Assembly: GCF_009914755.1 (NCBI RefSeq)
Contig: NC_060948.1
DNA: 64,000 nt
Strand: one strand, 5' to 3'
Source: the human T2T-CHM13v2.0 reference genome, Homo sapiens
A model generated the notes under the pieces. That model saw only the letters and a program-made list of their open reading frames with translations, was not told where the DNA came from and did no database searches. Made by a program: the position numbers and the translations under genes. This document shows positions 42,847-58,035 of the stretch, piece after piece. Each line of letters starts with the position of its first letter. Within the stretch, counting starts at the first letter, position 1.

Positions 42847-43610
42847 TGTGTGTGTTCTATAATATCCTGCATCAATATTGCATAATTCTCATTATAGTGA
42901 GAATTATGTACTTTTTTGATTGAGTTTATTCCTAGATATTTTATTTTATTTGTGCCTGTCATAAATGGAATCACATTGATTCCTTTTTCAGAATTTTTGC
43001 TGTTGGCATGTAGAAATGTTATTGATTATTGATTTTGTATCTTCCAACTTTACTGAATTTGCTTGTCACTTGTAACAGTCTTTTGGTGTAGACTTCAGTT
43101 TTTTCCAACTATAAGAGTATATCATCTGCAAAGAAAAACAATTTGACTTCTTTCTTTTCAATTTGGATAGGCTCCATTATTTCTCATCTAATTTTACTTG
43201 CTAGGGCCTCCAGTATGATGTTGAATAACAGTGATAAAAGTGGCATGTTGGTCTTGTCTTTGATCTCATCTTGTTTAAGATCTTGGAAAAAACACTTTCA
43301 GTTTTTCCCTATGCAGTGTGATATTAGTGGTGAGTCTGTCACATATGGTTTTTATTGTATTGAGGTATGTTTCTTCTATGCTCAGTTTTTTGAGGATCTT
43401 AGTCATAAACAGATAATGCACTTCATCAAATAATTTTCAGAATCAATTGAAAAGATTGTATAATTTTGGGGGGTTGTTTTTCATCTTGTTGGTAAGATTT
43501 ATCACATTGACTGATTTGCATATGTTGAAGAATCCTTGCATCCATTGGATAAATCTCACTTTGTCATGATGAACAATCTTTTAAATGTATTGTTGAATTA
43601 TGTTTTTTCT
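40510..43610 (-). mobile_element. Old L1 (L1MA-like) 3'UTR plus ORF2 3' half
   Basis: ORF2 remnants KIKYLGIN..IVKISILPKAIYKF (42639..42974) and LSPYTKIKSKWIEDLN (41665..41850). Confidence 0.88.
42000..42512 (-). mobile_element. MER9 (HERV-K HML-3) solo LTR inserted in L1
   Basis: tgctgagacaagttcggtcagggagaccctaaccc...gcctgttcccaaca; 6-bp TSD GGTCTA / GGCCTG. Confidence 0.88.
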
Positions 43611-44690
43611 TAGCAATTTTTAAGCATATAATTTGTTATTTTTTACTATAGTCATCATGTTCTATGATAGATCTCTTGAGCTTATTCATTCTGCCTAACT
43701 TAACAATTATATGTTGTTTGATCAGCATTTCCCCACTTCTCCCCCATCCTAGGCCTCTGGTAACCAGAATTTTACTTTAAAATTTTTGCATTTTAAAACT
43801 AAAAATGTTAATGCACGAAAAATTGTATACAAGGTTAAGGTATAATACCATGTTTTGCCCTCTCTCTTTCTCTCTCTCTGTGTATATACACACATCTCTC
43901 TATATATGTTGTTAAATGAATAAATCAGGCTAATTGGGTAAAAACATTTAAAATCTATTATTTTAGCTATTTTGAAATATATGTTCCTCACTATAGTCAC
44001 TATACTATGCAATAGATCTCTAAAACTCATCTGCACTGACTAACTGAAACTTTGATGAACTCCTTCCCATTCTTCTCCCCACCCATCTCTCCCAGCCTCT
44101 GGTAACCACTGCTTTACTCTCTACTTCTACAAGCTCAAACTTTTCAGTCTACATATAAGTGATATCATGTAATATTTATCTTTCTGTACCTTGCTTACTT
44201 TACTTAATATAACCTCCTTTTTTGTTCATCACATTGTAAAAAATGGCAAGATTTTCTCATATTTTAAGGTTGAAGAGTATTTCTTATATTTTAGGGTTGA
44301 AGAGTATTACATAGGTTGATTCTGTATTTTGGCTATTGTGAATAATGCTACAATGAACATGAGACAGCAGATATATTTTCCACATATTGATATCATTAGC
44401 CTTTGGAGATATCTAATAAGGACATTGCTGGATTATATTATAGTTCTATTTTTAATTTATTGAGATATGTCTATACAGCTTTCCACTGTGGCTGCACTAA
44501 TTTATATTCCCACCAAGAGTACAAGGGTTTTCTTTCCTCCACATTGTCACCAACATGTTATTATTTGTGTGTGTTTTTAATCATAGTCTTTCTAACAGAC
44601 ATGAGGTGATATCTCACTATAGTTTTAATTTGTGTTTCCTTGATGATTAGGATTACTGATGTTAAACATATTTTTACATGTGTTAGCCTT
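43610..44690 (-). mobile_element. L1MA-type 3'UTR fragments (two successive 3' ends)
   Basis: Motif actatagtca..atagatctct..aact..cctctggtaacca occurs at ~43645-43765 and again at ~43990-44110. Confidence 0.7.
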
Positions 44691-45000
44691 TTTATTTGTT
44701 TTTTGTTTTGTTTTGTTTTTGAGACAGGCTCTTGCTTTGTCACCCATTCTGGAGTGCAGTAGCATGATCTCAGCTCACCGCAACTTCTGCCTTCTGGTTC
44801 CAAGCAAGTTTCCACCTCAGCCTCCTGGGTAGCTGAGACTACAGGCATGAATGACCATGCCTAATTTTTCTATTTTTTTCATGGAGACAAGGTTTCATAA
44901 TGTTTGCCAGGCTTGTCCTAAACTCCGGACCTCAAGTAATCCACCCACCTTGGCCTCCCACAGTGCTGAAATTACAGGCCTGTGCCACTGCACCCAACCC
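44690..45000 (-). mobile_element. Alu (old, AluJ/Sx-like)
   Basis: Two arms, (TTTTG)n tail. Confidence 0.93.
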
Positions 45001-45069
45001 TGAATTTCTGAAATAATGTTAAAGACTTTGACTAGATCTCTCTTCTTATCCAGAAATTTTTATTTCAAA

Positions 45070-46350
45070 TCCTGTGAGATAGTTTGAAAAATGGGCCCTC
45101 CAAAGATATTAACTTTTTACTCTTTCTCCCTGTAATGGTTCCTTATTGCTAAAAGGTCTTTACAGTTACAATGAAGAATCTTGAAATGCAAGATTATCCT
45201 GGATTATCCATGTGTACCCTGGATGCCACAATGACTTTTCTTGTGAAAGAGAAAAGATTCCCTTGTCCCACACACAGGGCATGTGACAGGGGGAGTGCTC
45301 ACTTCTTCAGTGCCCCCACTGCTCATATCTCTAAGGGAGCATACAGATGAACCAGTTGTGGAATTCTGACCCCACAGCAGCATCTAGGGTTGAATTTTTA
45401 CAGCTCCTGAAGCCCCAGTGAGCATGTGCTACTATGTAAATTTTCAGTTTTGCCATCTATTGGTAACTTGTGTTGGTAGTTTGTGTTGACCAGCTCACTT
45501 AGACCCTCTACCTTGTCACAAGGACAGAGGGCTTTCTGTATCTCAGGTTCTCATCTTGGTGTACCAGAAGAATTGAATCACACCTGGACTTGGAGAATGA
45601 GTGCAAGGTTTTATTGAGTGGAGGTAGCTCTCAGCAGATGGGGAATGCCAGAAGACGATGGAGTGGAAAGGTTTTCCCAGGAGTCTCGCCGTTCAGAGAC
45701 CCAGAATCTCCTACTACCTGGGCCAAACTTCACATTGTTCTAATGTTTGATGGCATTCTGGCATGCCAATGCCTGTCAGTGTGCTGTCAATGTCCTCTCA
45801 ATATCTATTCACTTGTGTGTTCCTCCACTGGTGTGTTTCTGTTGATGTCCAGCCACTTGTACATCTCTGCCTGCTAGGGTTTCAGGGTTTTTACAGGCAC
45901 AGGATGGGGGCATGGTGGGCCAGAGAGGTCTTGAGAAATGTAACATTTGGGAGCAAAGGCAAGATTTCTTGTTTTCACCTAGGTCAATGGGCATAGCCTC
46001 AGAGCTAGAGCCCTCACCAGATACCCACCCTTCTTTACCCAGAACTTCTCTTCCCCTATTTCATGTCACTTATAAAAGAGAGACATAGGGGCTCACATAA
46101 CACAAACACAGAGAAAAAGTGATGTAAAAATAATACCCAAAGCTGAAGTATGCAGCCACAAGCCAAGGAATGGCAACAGGCACAAGATGGTAAAGAGAAA
46201 TGGAATGAATTCTTTCCTAGAGCCTCTGAAAGGAGCACAGTCATGCCAGCACCTTGATTTCCACCCTGGGATAATGATGTGTGAATTTTTTTTCATACAG
46301 AACTGTAAGAAAATACATTTTATGTTGTTGTCTGCCACCAAGTTTGTGGT
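45070..46350 (+). mobile_element. MLT1-type MaLR LTR split by an ERV1 LTR
   Basis: gccctccaaagat..gattatcctggattatcc (left part); cacaagccaaggaat..ttcctagagcctctga..cagaactgtaagaaaatacattt (right part). Confidence 0.75.
45243..46068 (-). mobile_element. ERV1 LTR (LTR27/LTR28/MER52 group)
   Basis: cttggtgtacc..ttggagaatgagtgcaaggttttattgagtggaggtagctctcagcag diagnostic block; subfamily uncertain. Confidence 0.65.
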
Positions 46351-46577
46351 AATGTTTTACTGCAAAGACATGACTCTCTATATCCTACTAAGTATTTTCC
46401 TGTATGTAACTTCTTGTCTTTTTTCACAAATGCACCAGGCCCTGATAATCAATACATAGGTAAATAGGTCCAGCATGTTTCTCTGCTCCTTTATAGAAGA
46501 GCCCAACACCTATTCCATATGTTTAGAAACTCAGTAGAGTGCCACAGTGATTGAAATACTAAGGAATGAGAGGAAAG

Positions 46578-46866
46578 TTTTTCTGAGATGGAGTCTTGCT
46601 CTGTCGCCTAGGCTGGAGTGCAGTGGCATGATCTTGGTTCATTGCAATCTCTGCCTCCCAGTTTCATGCCATTCTCCTGCCTCAGCCTCCTGAGTGGCTG
46701 GGACTACATGCACCTGCCACCAAGCCCGGCTAATTTTTTTTTTTTTTCAGTAGAGACAGGCTTTCATCATGCTATTCAGGATGGCCTCAATCTCCTGATA
46801 TTGTGATCCACCCACCTTGGCCTCTCAAATGCCGGGATTACAGGTGTGAGCCATCACACCCAGCTG
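46578..46866 (-). mobile_element. Alu (AluY/Sc-like)
   Basis: Two arms; ttcatgccattctcctgc. Confidence 0.93.
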
Positions 46867-47377
46867 AAATTTTCCTTTTAATTCAACCTCAGGGAGTTTG
46901 GGAAAAGCCCACTGAAAGATAATCACATCACTAATATCTGAGCAGAGGAGGAAGGCAATACAAACAGGGAAAGTAAACCTAAACATCTATAAGTAGAGAT
47001 AATGTTAACTATATTATATCTATATAATTCACATAAATTTTATGCAGAAATTAATGAGAAGACATATACACTACATTACATGTAATCTGTAAGTACATTT
47101 GCAGGTTGATGTCTTGTCAAGTCAGGGATGTCATTCAACATCTATTTCACTTTAAAATGAGAAAATGCATAAGCAAATAGAAGTTCAGACCAGCATGCTA
47201 ACTTTCCTAGGATTAAAAATAGAATAATAGAAGATAGACAGTAAGGTTGGAAGAAAGGAATCATCAAAAAAAATTATAAAAGATACTGAAAATTGAATAC
47301 GTGTCTGTACATACAAAATGAGAATGGTTTCATTCGTAAACAATGTGGGTAGAAGTGCTGCATCAAAATTAGATCAT

Positions 47378-47809
<432 letters not shown>

Positions 47810-48660
47810 CTATTAACAGGATTTTCTTCCAAAAGATAACATTGAAATCCCCATGTGAGACTGTACAGAAAATGTAGTTATGTGTCTGCATAGTTAGGGC
47901 TACCTGAAAAAATTTCACAGAGAACTGGGTGAAAGAACAAGCCTTGACATTTAAAAGATGTGTAAAATGTGGTTCTGACTATTTTAGCTCTTTGAAGGTG
48001 TGTTTTTACCTCCCAGAAGGCAGATGGATCCTGGGACTGTGGAAACTTTACAGGAGTTTTAAGCCTGGGATGCTCCTTTTCTTCCTGGAGACAATTACCA
48101 AAAAGAAATTACTTAGATCTGAGAGTATAAAGCTTTCTGTTCTTCTCTGAGGAGATGAAATGGACAGTGTGTATGTATGCAAGAAGTCAGATTCAAAATC
48201 TCTGGGTTCCTCATCTATGGCACAGACCATAGTTTGTGTAGAGTGACATGGACTTAGTTCTTATCACTTCTCAGAAAAGGAGAGAATTGGGGTAAATGGG
48301 ATCTGGAGCAGTTATTGCACTGTTAGTGATAATACACCCTCTTCTCCAGGAATCTGGGGTCCACTTTCAGGATAGCATGAATAAATATAGCTTTTAAAAA
48401 CATATCAACCATATTCAGATATGCTTCAATACACTTAAAGAAAATATGTGTATGAACCTCAGAGATTGGTTCAGAGAACTAAATGTATGTGTACAGAGAA
48501 CTAAAACTACAGAAAACTTAGAAAAAGGAAGTACACACACAAAAAAAACTGTAACACTCTCTAGCAGTGAATACAGTTTATATAGTCATAACCATGTAAC
48601 CACTGACACTGATACATATCTGTTTTTTAAAATGTATTTTACTGTTATTCCATTTTTTAG

Positions 48661-48986
<326 letters not shown>

Positions 48987-49365
48987 AATATTTGTAATTT
49001 TATCTCTGTCTTAGACAGTAGTGTGCAAGAAGTGTAAGATTCAGACTCCACAAAAGCTGGCTTTACTACTGCCATTGGTCAAAAAGATTAAACTCCATAG
49101 GAGAATGTCAGAGAGAAGAGGAATATTGATGTAGAAGACAGATTACCAATGAAAAGGAGACAGCCTAAATTTGGAAGGATGAAGAATCTATGTCTGAATT
49201 TGGAATAAAAAAAAGAAAAAAATTGGTGGGAGAAAATGTATATCAGGCTACAGTATATCAGCAGTTAAAGCCCTTTAAAGTAAGACTATATTGCTGACTG
49301 TGAGATTAGTTTGGCCTAGAGTGTTCTGGGAATATTTGAAGTAGATTCTAAAGTAGAAAGCTACA

Positions 49366-49789
<424 letters not shown>

Positions 49790-50346
49790 TCACACTTCTT
49801 GATGTGTAAATGGTTGCCCAGGGGAACCAATGAGAATAATTGTTTAACTAGTACTCAAATTTTAAAAGCACTGATTATCAGTACATAACATTTCCTCTCC
49901 CACATTTTTTTCAGAAATAGAGAAAGAGCTAAAGAAAAAGAGATAGAGAAAAATGCAAGAGTGTCAGAGAAAGAAAAAGAAAGAGAGCTTGCACTTTAGA
50001 ATGTGAATCTTTTCTCTTTAAGGTATGTGAAAATTCATTATACAAATACAGCCTTCTATGTTATACCCAACTGTAATAGAGTCGGGGAGCCATGAGGGCA
50101 CCCAGTTCACATACATTTGTTCTAAAAACTGGTTTTGCATTTCAACAGGAAAACCAGAAAAACCTAATGGTGACTTTAAGTCTTACCCAGTAACTGCTGC
50201 TACTCCTCAATCAGAACTTGCCAGCCCCTTGGAGACACTGCCAGCACCAACAAATTTTCTTTCAAAACAATTCACATAATCTCCCTTCTTTCCCTCATGA
50301 AAACCCTCACTTTGTTTTTTTGTTTCTCAGACACACCTAGGGGCTA

Positions 50347-50557
<211 letters not shown>

Positions 50558-50607
50558 TGAAATACTTATATGTTCCCAAATAGACCCTTTTCTTGAATAT
50601 TCATCTC

Positions 50608-50781
50608 TTTATATTTTATTTATTTTATTTTATTTTAGAAAGAGGGTGTCCCTCTGTGAATCTGTCTGGAGAGCAATGGCAGGTCCATAGCTCACTACAA
50701 CTTCAAACTCCTGGGTTCAGGCAATCCTCTTGCTTTAGCCTTCCAAAGCACTGGGATTACACATTAGCCACCATGCCCAGC
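50608..50781 (-). mobile_element. Alu monomer (FLAM/AluJ-like)
   Basis: T-rich tail followed by a single-arm-length body. Confidence 0.75.
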
Positions 50782-50791
50782 AATCTCTACA

Positions 50792-53700
50792 TTTTTTTTT
50801 TATTTTACTATACTTTAAGTTCTAGGGTACATGTGCACAACATATAGGTTTTTTACATATGTATACATGTGACATGTTGGTGTGCTGCACCCAGTAACTC
50901 ATCATTTACATTGGGTATCTCTCCTAATGCTTTCCCTCTCCACTCCCACCACCCCACAACAGGCCCTGGTGTGTGATGTTCCCCTTCCTGTGTCCAAGTG
51001 TTCTCATTGTTCAATTCCCACTGATCAGTGAGAACATGCAGTGTTTGGTTTTCTGTCCTTGCAATAGTTTGCTGAGAATGATGGTTTCCAGCTTCATCCA
51101 TGTCCCTACAAAGGACATGAACTAATCATTTTTTATGGCTGCATAGTATTCCATGGTGTATATGTGCCACACTTGCTTAATCCAGTCTATCATTTTTGGA
51201 CATTTGGGCTGGTTCCAAGTCTTTGATATTGCGAATAGTGCCACAATGAACATATGTGTGCATGTGCCTTTATAGCAGCATGATTTATAATCATTTAGGT
51301 ATATACCCAGTAATTGGATGGCTGGGTCAAATGGTATTTCTAGTTCTAGATCCTTGAGGAATCACCACACTGTCTTACACAATAGTTGAACTAGTTTACA
51401 GTCCACCAACAGTGTAAAAGTGTTCCTATTTCTCACATCCTCTCCAGCACCTGTTCTTTCCTGACTTTTTAATGATCACCATTCTATCTGTTGTAAGATG
51501 ATATCTCATGGTGGTTTTGATTTGCATTTCTCTGATGGCCAGTGATGATGAGCATTTTTTCATGTGTCTTTTGGCTGCAAAAATGTCTTCTTTTGAGAAG
51601 TGTCTGTTCATATCCCTCACCCACTTTTTGATGGTTTTTTTTTTCTTGTAAATTTGAGTTCTTTGTAGATTCTGGGTATTAGCCCTCTGTCAGGTGACTA
51701 GATTGCAAAAATTTTCTCCCATTCTGTCGGTTGCCTCTTCACTCTGATGATGGTTTCTTTTACTGTGCAGAAGCTTTTTAGTTTAATTAGATCCCATTTG
51801 TTAACTTTGGCATTTGTTGCCATTGCTTTTGGTGTTTTGGACATGAAGTCCTCGCACATGCCTATGTCCTGAATGGTATTGCCTAGGTTTTCTTCTGTGG
51901 TTTTTATGGTTTTAGGTCTAACATTTAGCTCTTTAATCCATCTTAAATTAAATTTTGTATGAGGTGTAAGGAAGGGATCCAGTTTCAGCTTTCTACTTAT
52001 GGCTAGCCAGGTTTCCCCAACACCATTTATTAAATAGGGAATCCTTTCCCCATTTCTTATTTTGTCAGGTTTGTCAAAGATCAGATTTTTGTAGATATGT
52101 GGTATTATTTCTGAGGGCTCTATTCTGTTCCATTGGTCTATATCTCTGCTTTGGTACCAGTACCATACTCTTTTCATTATTGTAGCCTTGTAGTATAGTT
52201 TGAAGTCAGGTAGTATGATGCCTCCAACTTTGTTCTTTTGGCTTAGGATTGTCTTGGCAATGCAGGCTCTTTTTTGGTTCCATATGAACTTTAAAGTAGT
52301 TTTTTCCAATTCTGTGAAGAAAGTCATTGGTAGTTTGTTGGGGATGGCATTGAATCTATCAATTACCTTGGGCAGTATGGTCATTTTCACCATATTGATT
52401 CTTCCTATCCATGAGCATGGAATGTTCTTCCATTTGTTTGTATCCTCTTTTATTTTGTTGAGCAGTTGTTTGTAGTTCTCCTTGAAGAGGTCCTTCACAT
52501 CTGTTGTAAGTTGGATTCCTAGGTATTTTATTCTCTTTGAAGCAATTGTGAATGGTAATTCACTCATGATTTGTCTCTCTGTTTGTCTGTTATCAGTGTA
52601 CAAGAATGCTTGTGATTTTTGCACATTGATTTTGTATCCTGAGATTTTGCTGAAGTTGCTTATCAGCTTAAGGAGATTTGGGGATAAGACGATGGGGTTT
52701 TCTAGGTATACAATCATGTCATCTGCAAACAGGGACAATCTGACTTCCTCTTTTCCTAGTTGAATACTGTTTATGTCTTTCTCCTGCCTAATTGCCCTGG
52801 CCAGAACTTCCAGCAGTATGTTGAATAAGAGTGGTGAGAGAGGGCATCCCTGTCTTCTGCCAGTTTTGAAGGGAATGCTTCCAGTTTCTGCCCATTCAGT
52901 TTGATATTGGCTGTGGGTTTGTTATAGACAGCATTTATTATTTTGAGATATGTCCCATCAATACCTAATTGATTGAGAGTTTTTAGCCTGCAGTGCTGTT
53001 GAATTTTGTCCAAGGCCTTTTCTGCATCTATTGAGATAATCATATGATTTTTGCCTTTGGTTCTGTCTATATGCTGGATTACGTTTATTGATTTGCATAT
53101 GTTGAACCAGCCTTGCATCCCAGGGATGAAGCCCACTTGATCATGGTGGGTAAGCTTTTTGATGTGCTGCTGGATTCGTTTTGCCCATATTTTATTGAGG
53201 ATTTTTGCATCGACATTCATCAGGGTATTGGTCTAAAATTTTCTTTTTTTGTTGTGCCTCTGCCAGGCTTTGGTGTCAGGATGATGCTGCCCTCATAAAA
53301 TGAGTCAGGGAATATTCTCTTTTTTTCTATTGATTGTAATAGTTTCAGAAGGAATGGTACCAACTTCTCCTTGTACCTCTGGTAGAATTCGGCTTTGAAT
53401 CCTTCTGGTCCTGACTTTATTTGGTTGGTAGGCTATTAAGTATTGTCTCAACTTCAGAGCTTGTTATTGGTCTATAAAGGGATTCAACTCCTTCCTGGTT
53501 TAGTCTTGAGAGAGTACATGTGTTCAGGAATTTATCCATTTCTTCTAGATTTTCTAGTTTATTTGTGTAGTGGTGTTTATTGTATTCTCTGATGGTAGTT
53601 TGTATTTCTGTGGGATTGGTTGTGATATCCCCTTTATCATTTTTATTGCTTCTATTTGATTCTTCTCTCTTTTCTTGTTTATTAATCTTGCTAGCAGTCC

Positions 53701-56700
53701 ATCAATTTTGTTGATCTTTTCAAAAAACCAGCTACTGGATTCATTGATTTTTTGAAGGGCTTTTGTGTCTCTATTTCCTTCAGTTATTCTCTGATCTTAG
53801 TTATTTCTTGCCTTCTAATAGCTTTCGAATGTCTTTGCTCTTGCTTCTCTAGTTCTTTTAATTGTGATGTTAAGGTGTCAAGTTTAGATCTTTCCTGCTT
53901 TCTCTTGTGGGCATTTAGTGCTATAAATTTCCCTCTATACACTGCTTTAAAAGTGTCCCAGAGAGTCTGGTATGTTTTATCTTTGTTCTTAGTGGTTTCA
54001 AAGAACATCTTTATTTCTGCCTTCATTTTGTTATGTACCCAGTAGTCATTCAGGAGCAGGTTGTTCACTTTCCATGTAGTTGAGCGGTTTTCAGTGAGTT
54101 TCTTAATCCTGAGTTCTAGTTTGATTGCACTGTGGTCTGAGAGACAGTTTGTTATAATTTCTGTTCTTTTCCATTTACTGAGGAGTGCTTTACTTCCAAC
54201 TATGTGGTCAATTTTGGAATGAGTGCGATGTGTTGCTGAGAAGAATATATATTCTGTTGATTTGGGGTGGAGAGTTCTGTAGATGTCTATTAGGCCCTCT
54301 TGGTGCAGAGTTGTGTTCAATTCCTGGATATCCTTGTTAAGTTTTTCTCTCATTGATCTCTCTAATGTTGACAGTGGGTTGTTAAAGTTGCCCATTATTA
54401 TTGTGTGGTATTCTAAGTCTCTTTGTAAATCTCTAAGGACTTGCTTTACAAATCTGGGTGCCCCTATATTGGGTGCATATATATTTAAGTTAGTTAGTTC
54501 TTCTTGTTCAATTGATCCATTTACCATTATGTAATGGCCTTCTTTGTCTCTTTTGATGTTTGTTGGTTAAAGTCTGTTTTATCAGAGACTAGGATTGCAA
54601 TGCTTGCCATTTTTGTTTCCATTTGCTTGGTAGATCTTCCTCCATCCCTTTATTTTGAGCCTATGTGTGTCTCTGCACATGAGATGGATCTCCTGAATAC
54701 AGCACACTGATGGGTCTTGACTCTTTATCCAATTTGCCAGTCTGTGTCTTTCAACTGGGGCATTTAGCCCATTTACATTTAAGGTTAATAGTACTGTGTG
54801 TGAATTTGATCCTGTCATGATATATGCTGGTTATTTTGCTCACTAGTTAATGCAGTTTCTTCCTAGCATTGATGTTCTTTACAATTTGTCATATTCTTGC
54901 AGTGGCTGCTACCAGTTTTTCCTTTCCAGGTTTAGTGCTTCCTTCAGGAGCTCTTTTAGGGCAGGCCTAGTGGTGACAAAATCTCTCAGTTATTTGCTTG
55001 TCTGTAAAGTATTTTATTTCTCCTTCACTTATGGAGATTAGTTTGGCTGCATATGAAATTCTGGGTTGAAAATTCTTTTCTTTAAGAAGGTTGACTATTG
55101 GCCCCCACTCTCTTCTTGCTTCTAGAGTTTCTTTCAAGAGATCAGCTGTTAGTCCGATGGGCTTCCCTTTGTGGGTAACCCGACCTTTCTCTCTGGCTTC
55201 CCTTAACATTTTTTCCTTTATTTCAACTTTGGTGGATCTGACAATTATGTGTCTTGGAGTTGTTCTTCTCGATGATTGTCTTTTGGCAGTCTCTCTATTT
55301 CCTGAATTTGAATGTTGGCCTGTCTTCCTAGGTTGGGGACGTTCTCCTGGATAATATCCAACACTGTTCCATTCTCCCCGTCACTTTCAGGTACACCTAT
55401 CAGATGTAGATTTGGTCTTTTCACATGGTACCATATTTCTTGGAGTCTTTGTTAATTTTTTTTTAACCTTTTTTCTCCAAGCTTCTCTTCTCCCTTCATT
55501 TCATTCATTTGATCGTCCATCACTGATACCCTTTCTTCCAGTTGATCAAATCAGCTACTGAAGCTTGTGCATTCATCCTGTAGTTCTTGTGCCATGGTTT
55601 TCAGCTCCATCAGGTCATTTAAGGACTTCTCTACACTGATTATTCTAGTTAGCCATTCACCTAATTTTTTTCAAGGTTTTTATCTCCTTTGTGTTGGGTT
55701 TGAACCTCCTCCTTTAGCTCAGATAAGTTTGATCATCTGAAGCCTTCTTCTGTCAACTCGTCACAGTCATTCTCCATGCAGCTTTGTTCCATTGCTTGCA
55801 AGGAGCTTCATTCCTTTGGATGGAAAGAGGTGCTCTGATTTTTATAATTTTCAGCTTTTCTGCTCTGTTTTTTCCCCATCTTTGTGGTTTTGTCTACCTT
55901 TGGTCTTTGATGATGGTGACGTACAGGTGGGGTTTTGGTGTGGATGTCCTTTCTGTTTGTTAGTTTTCCTTTTAACAGTCAGGACCCTCCACTGCAGGTC
56001 TGTTGGAGTTTGCTGGAGGTCCCCTCCAGACACTGTTTGCCTGGGTATCAGCAGCAGGGGCTGCAGAACAGTGAATATTGCTGAACAGCAAATGTTTCTG
56101 CCTGATTGTTCCTCTGGAAGCTTTGTCTCAGAGGTGTACCCAGCCATGTGAGGTGTCAGTCTGCCCCTACTTGGGGATGCCTCCCAGTTAGGTGACTCAG
56201 GGTTCAGGGACCCACTTAAGGAGGCAGTCTGTTCATTCTCAGATCTGAAACTCCGCGCTGGGAAGACCACTACTCTTTTCAAATCTGTCAGACAGGGACA
56301 TTTAAGTCTGCAGACAAGGACATTTAAGTCTGAAGAGGTTTCTGCTGTGTTTTGTTTGGCTATGCCCTGCCCCAGAGGTGGAGTCTACAGAGGCAGGCAG
56401 GCCTTCTTTAGCCACAGTGGGCTCCACCAAGTTCGAGCTTGCCAGCCACTTTACCTACTCAAGCCTCAGTAATGGTGGGCACCCCTCCCCTAGCCTTGCT
56501 GCTGCCTTGCAGTTCAATCTCAGACTGCTGTGCTGGCAATGTGTGAGGCTCCACCAGTGTAGGACCCTCCAAGCCAGGCATGGGATGTAATCTCCTGGTG
56601 AGCCGTTTGCTAAGAGCATTGGAAAAGTGCAGTATTATGGTGGGAGTGACCCAATTTTCCAGGTGCCGTCTGTCACCTCTTCCTTTGGCTAGGAAAGGGA

Positions 56701-56906
56701 ATCCCCTGACCCCTTGCACTTCCTGGGTGAGGCAATACCTCACCGTGCTTTGGCTCATACTCAGTGGGCTGCACCCACTGTCTGAGGAGCCACAGTGAGA
56801 TGAACCCAGTACCTCAGTTGGAAATACAAAAATCACCTGTCTTCTGCGTTGCCCACACCAGGAGTTGTAGACTGGAGCTGTTCCTATTTGGCCATCTTGG
56901 AACCAC
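50792..56906 (-). mobile_element. Full-length (~6.1 kb) inactive L1PA (PA4-6-like)
   Basis: 5'UTR ggttccaagatggccaaataggaacagctccag; ORF1 piece 54967..55209; ORF2 start MTGSNSH at 54818; EN 53784..54527; [12 protein letters not shown] 51698..52738; multiple frameshifts; TSD ctacattttt on both sides. Confidence 0.97.
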
Positions 56907-56954
56907 CTACATTTTTATTTCATATTAATTTTATGTTTTCAAATAACTTAAAAT

Positions 56955-57050
56955 GGCTCCATGGCCAGAGCAACTTTTGATCTCTTCCTCTTTGTGGCTC
57001 AGAAAATGCACAGGTTTTTCAAGGAAGCCTTGGGGATTGGGATCATTTTG
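56955..57050 (+). pseudogene. TOMM22: Second short TOMM22-derived fragment
   Basis: Translates ARATFDLFLFVAQKMHRFFKEALGIGII versus TOMM22 AGATFDLSLFVAQKMYRFSRAALWIGTT. Confidence 0.85.
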
Positions 57051-57099
57051 TATTATTTTGTAACATAAAATAATATGTTATTTTATAAGATAAGATTAA

Positions 57100-57960
57100 T
57101 AATGTTAAAGAACACAACTCAGTGTCATGTAACACATTCACAATGTTGTAGAAACAGTCACTGCCTATTACCCACTTCTTGTTGGTCTGTGACAGCCACT
57201 AGTCAGTTTTCAATCTCTGTGGATTAAAAGATTTTGGAAGTTTTATACAATTGTAATCCTACATTATTGGTTGCTCATGTCTGGTTTTTTTCACTTAACA
57301 TATTGCTCACAAGATTCATCCACAATGTGGTAGATTTTGGTACATCATTTCTTTTTATGGTTAAATTATGTTGCATTATGTGGATAAGCCTCATTTCTCC
57401 CTCCATCTTAAAATAAAATTCACAAAACATAAAATTAACAATTAAATATTTTAAGCTGCACAATTTCAGTGGGATTTCTCTAATGACCAATGTCATCCAG
57501 AATTTTTTTTTTTTTGTGCTTGTTTGTCATTGGTCTATTTTCTTTGGAGAGTATTTATTTCATATGGGGTTTCCATATTTGTTTTCTATTGTTGTTTACT
57601 TGCTTGATTTTTGCCCATCTGGTAAATAGATTGTTTGGCAGTTTGTTATTGGGTTGTGGCAGTTGTTTATAGAGTCTAGATACCAGATGCTTATGAAATC
57701 TACAATTTGAAAATGTTTTCTCTCATTTTGTAGGTTGTCTTTTGACTCTCTGTAGATAGTCTTGTGACATACTTTTCCATCTTAAACAACTTCAATTTAT
57801 CTATGGCTTAAAGTTTTGTTCCTTTTTTTGTTGGTGTCATATTTACAAATTGAAAGACAAATTCAAGGTTAGGAAAGATGCTTCCATATATTTGCTTAAG
57901 AATTTTGTAGACTGGATCTTTTAATTTTGTTTGTTGACCCCGTTTTGTATTATTTTTTGA
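57100..57960 (-). mobile_element. Ancient L1M (MB/MC/ME-like) fragments
   Basis: tctggttttttcacttaacata..agattcatccaca and tttctctcattttgtaggttgtcttt L1 motifs. Confidence 0.65.
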
Positions 57961-58035
57961 TTACTTTTATTTTTAAAAATAGTTACATGCTATTTTAAAT
58001 ACCACTTTTTGGTAAAAAATTATTTTAGTTGTCCA

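Noticed and set aside
47929-48230. Possible KRAB or TRIM-SPRY exon remnant
   Set aside because: Manual translation gave no convincing motif in the frames examined; left unassigned.
51698-54818. Long L1 ORF2 ORFs (346, 247, 149 aa) as a functional gene or active L1
   Set aside because: ORF1 and ORF2 are broken by multiple frameshifts and stops.
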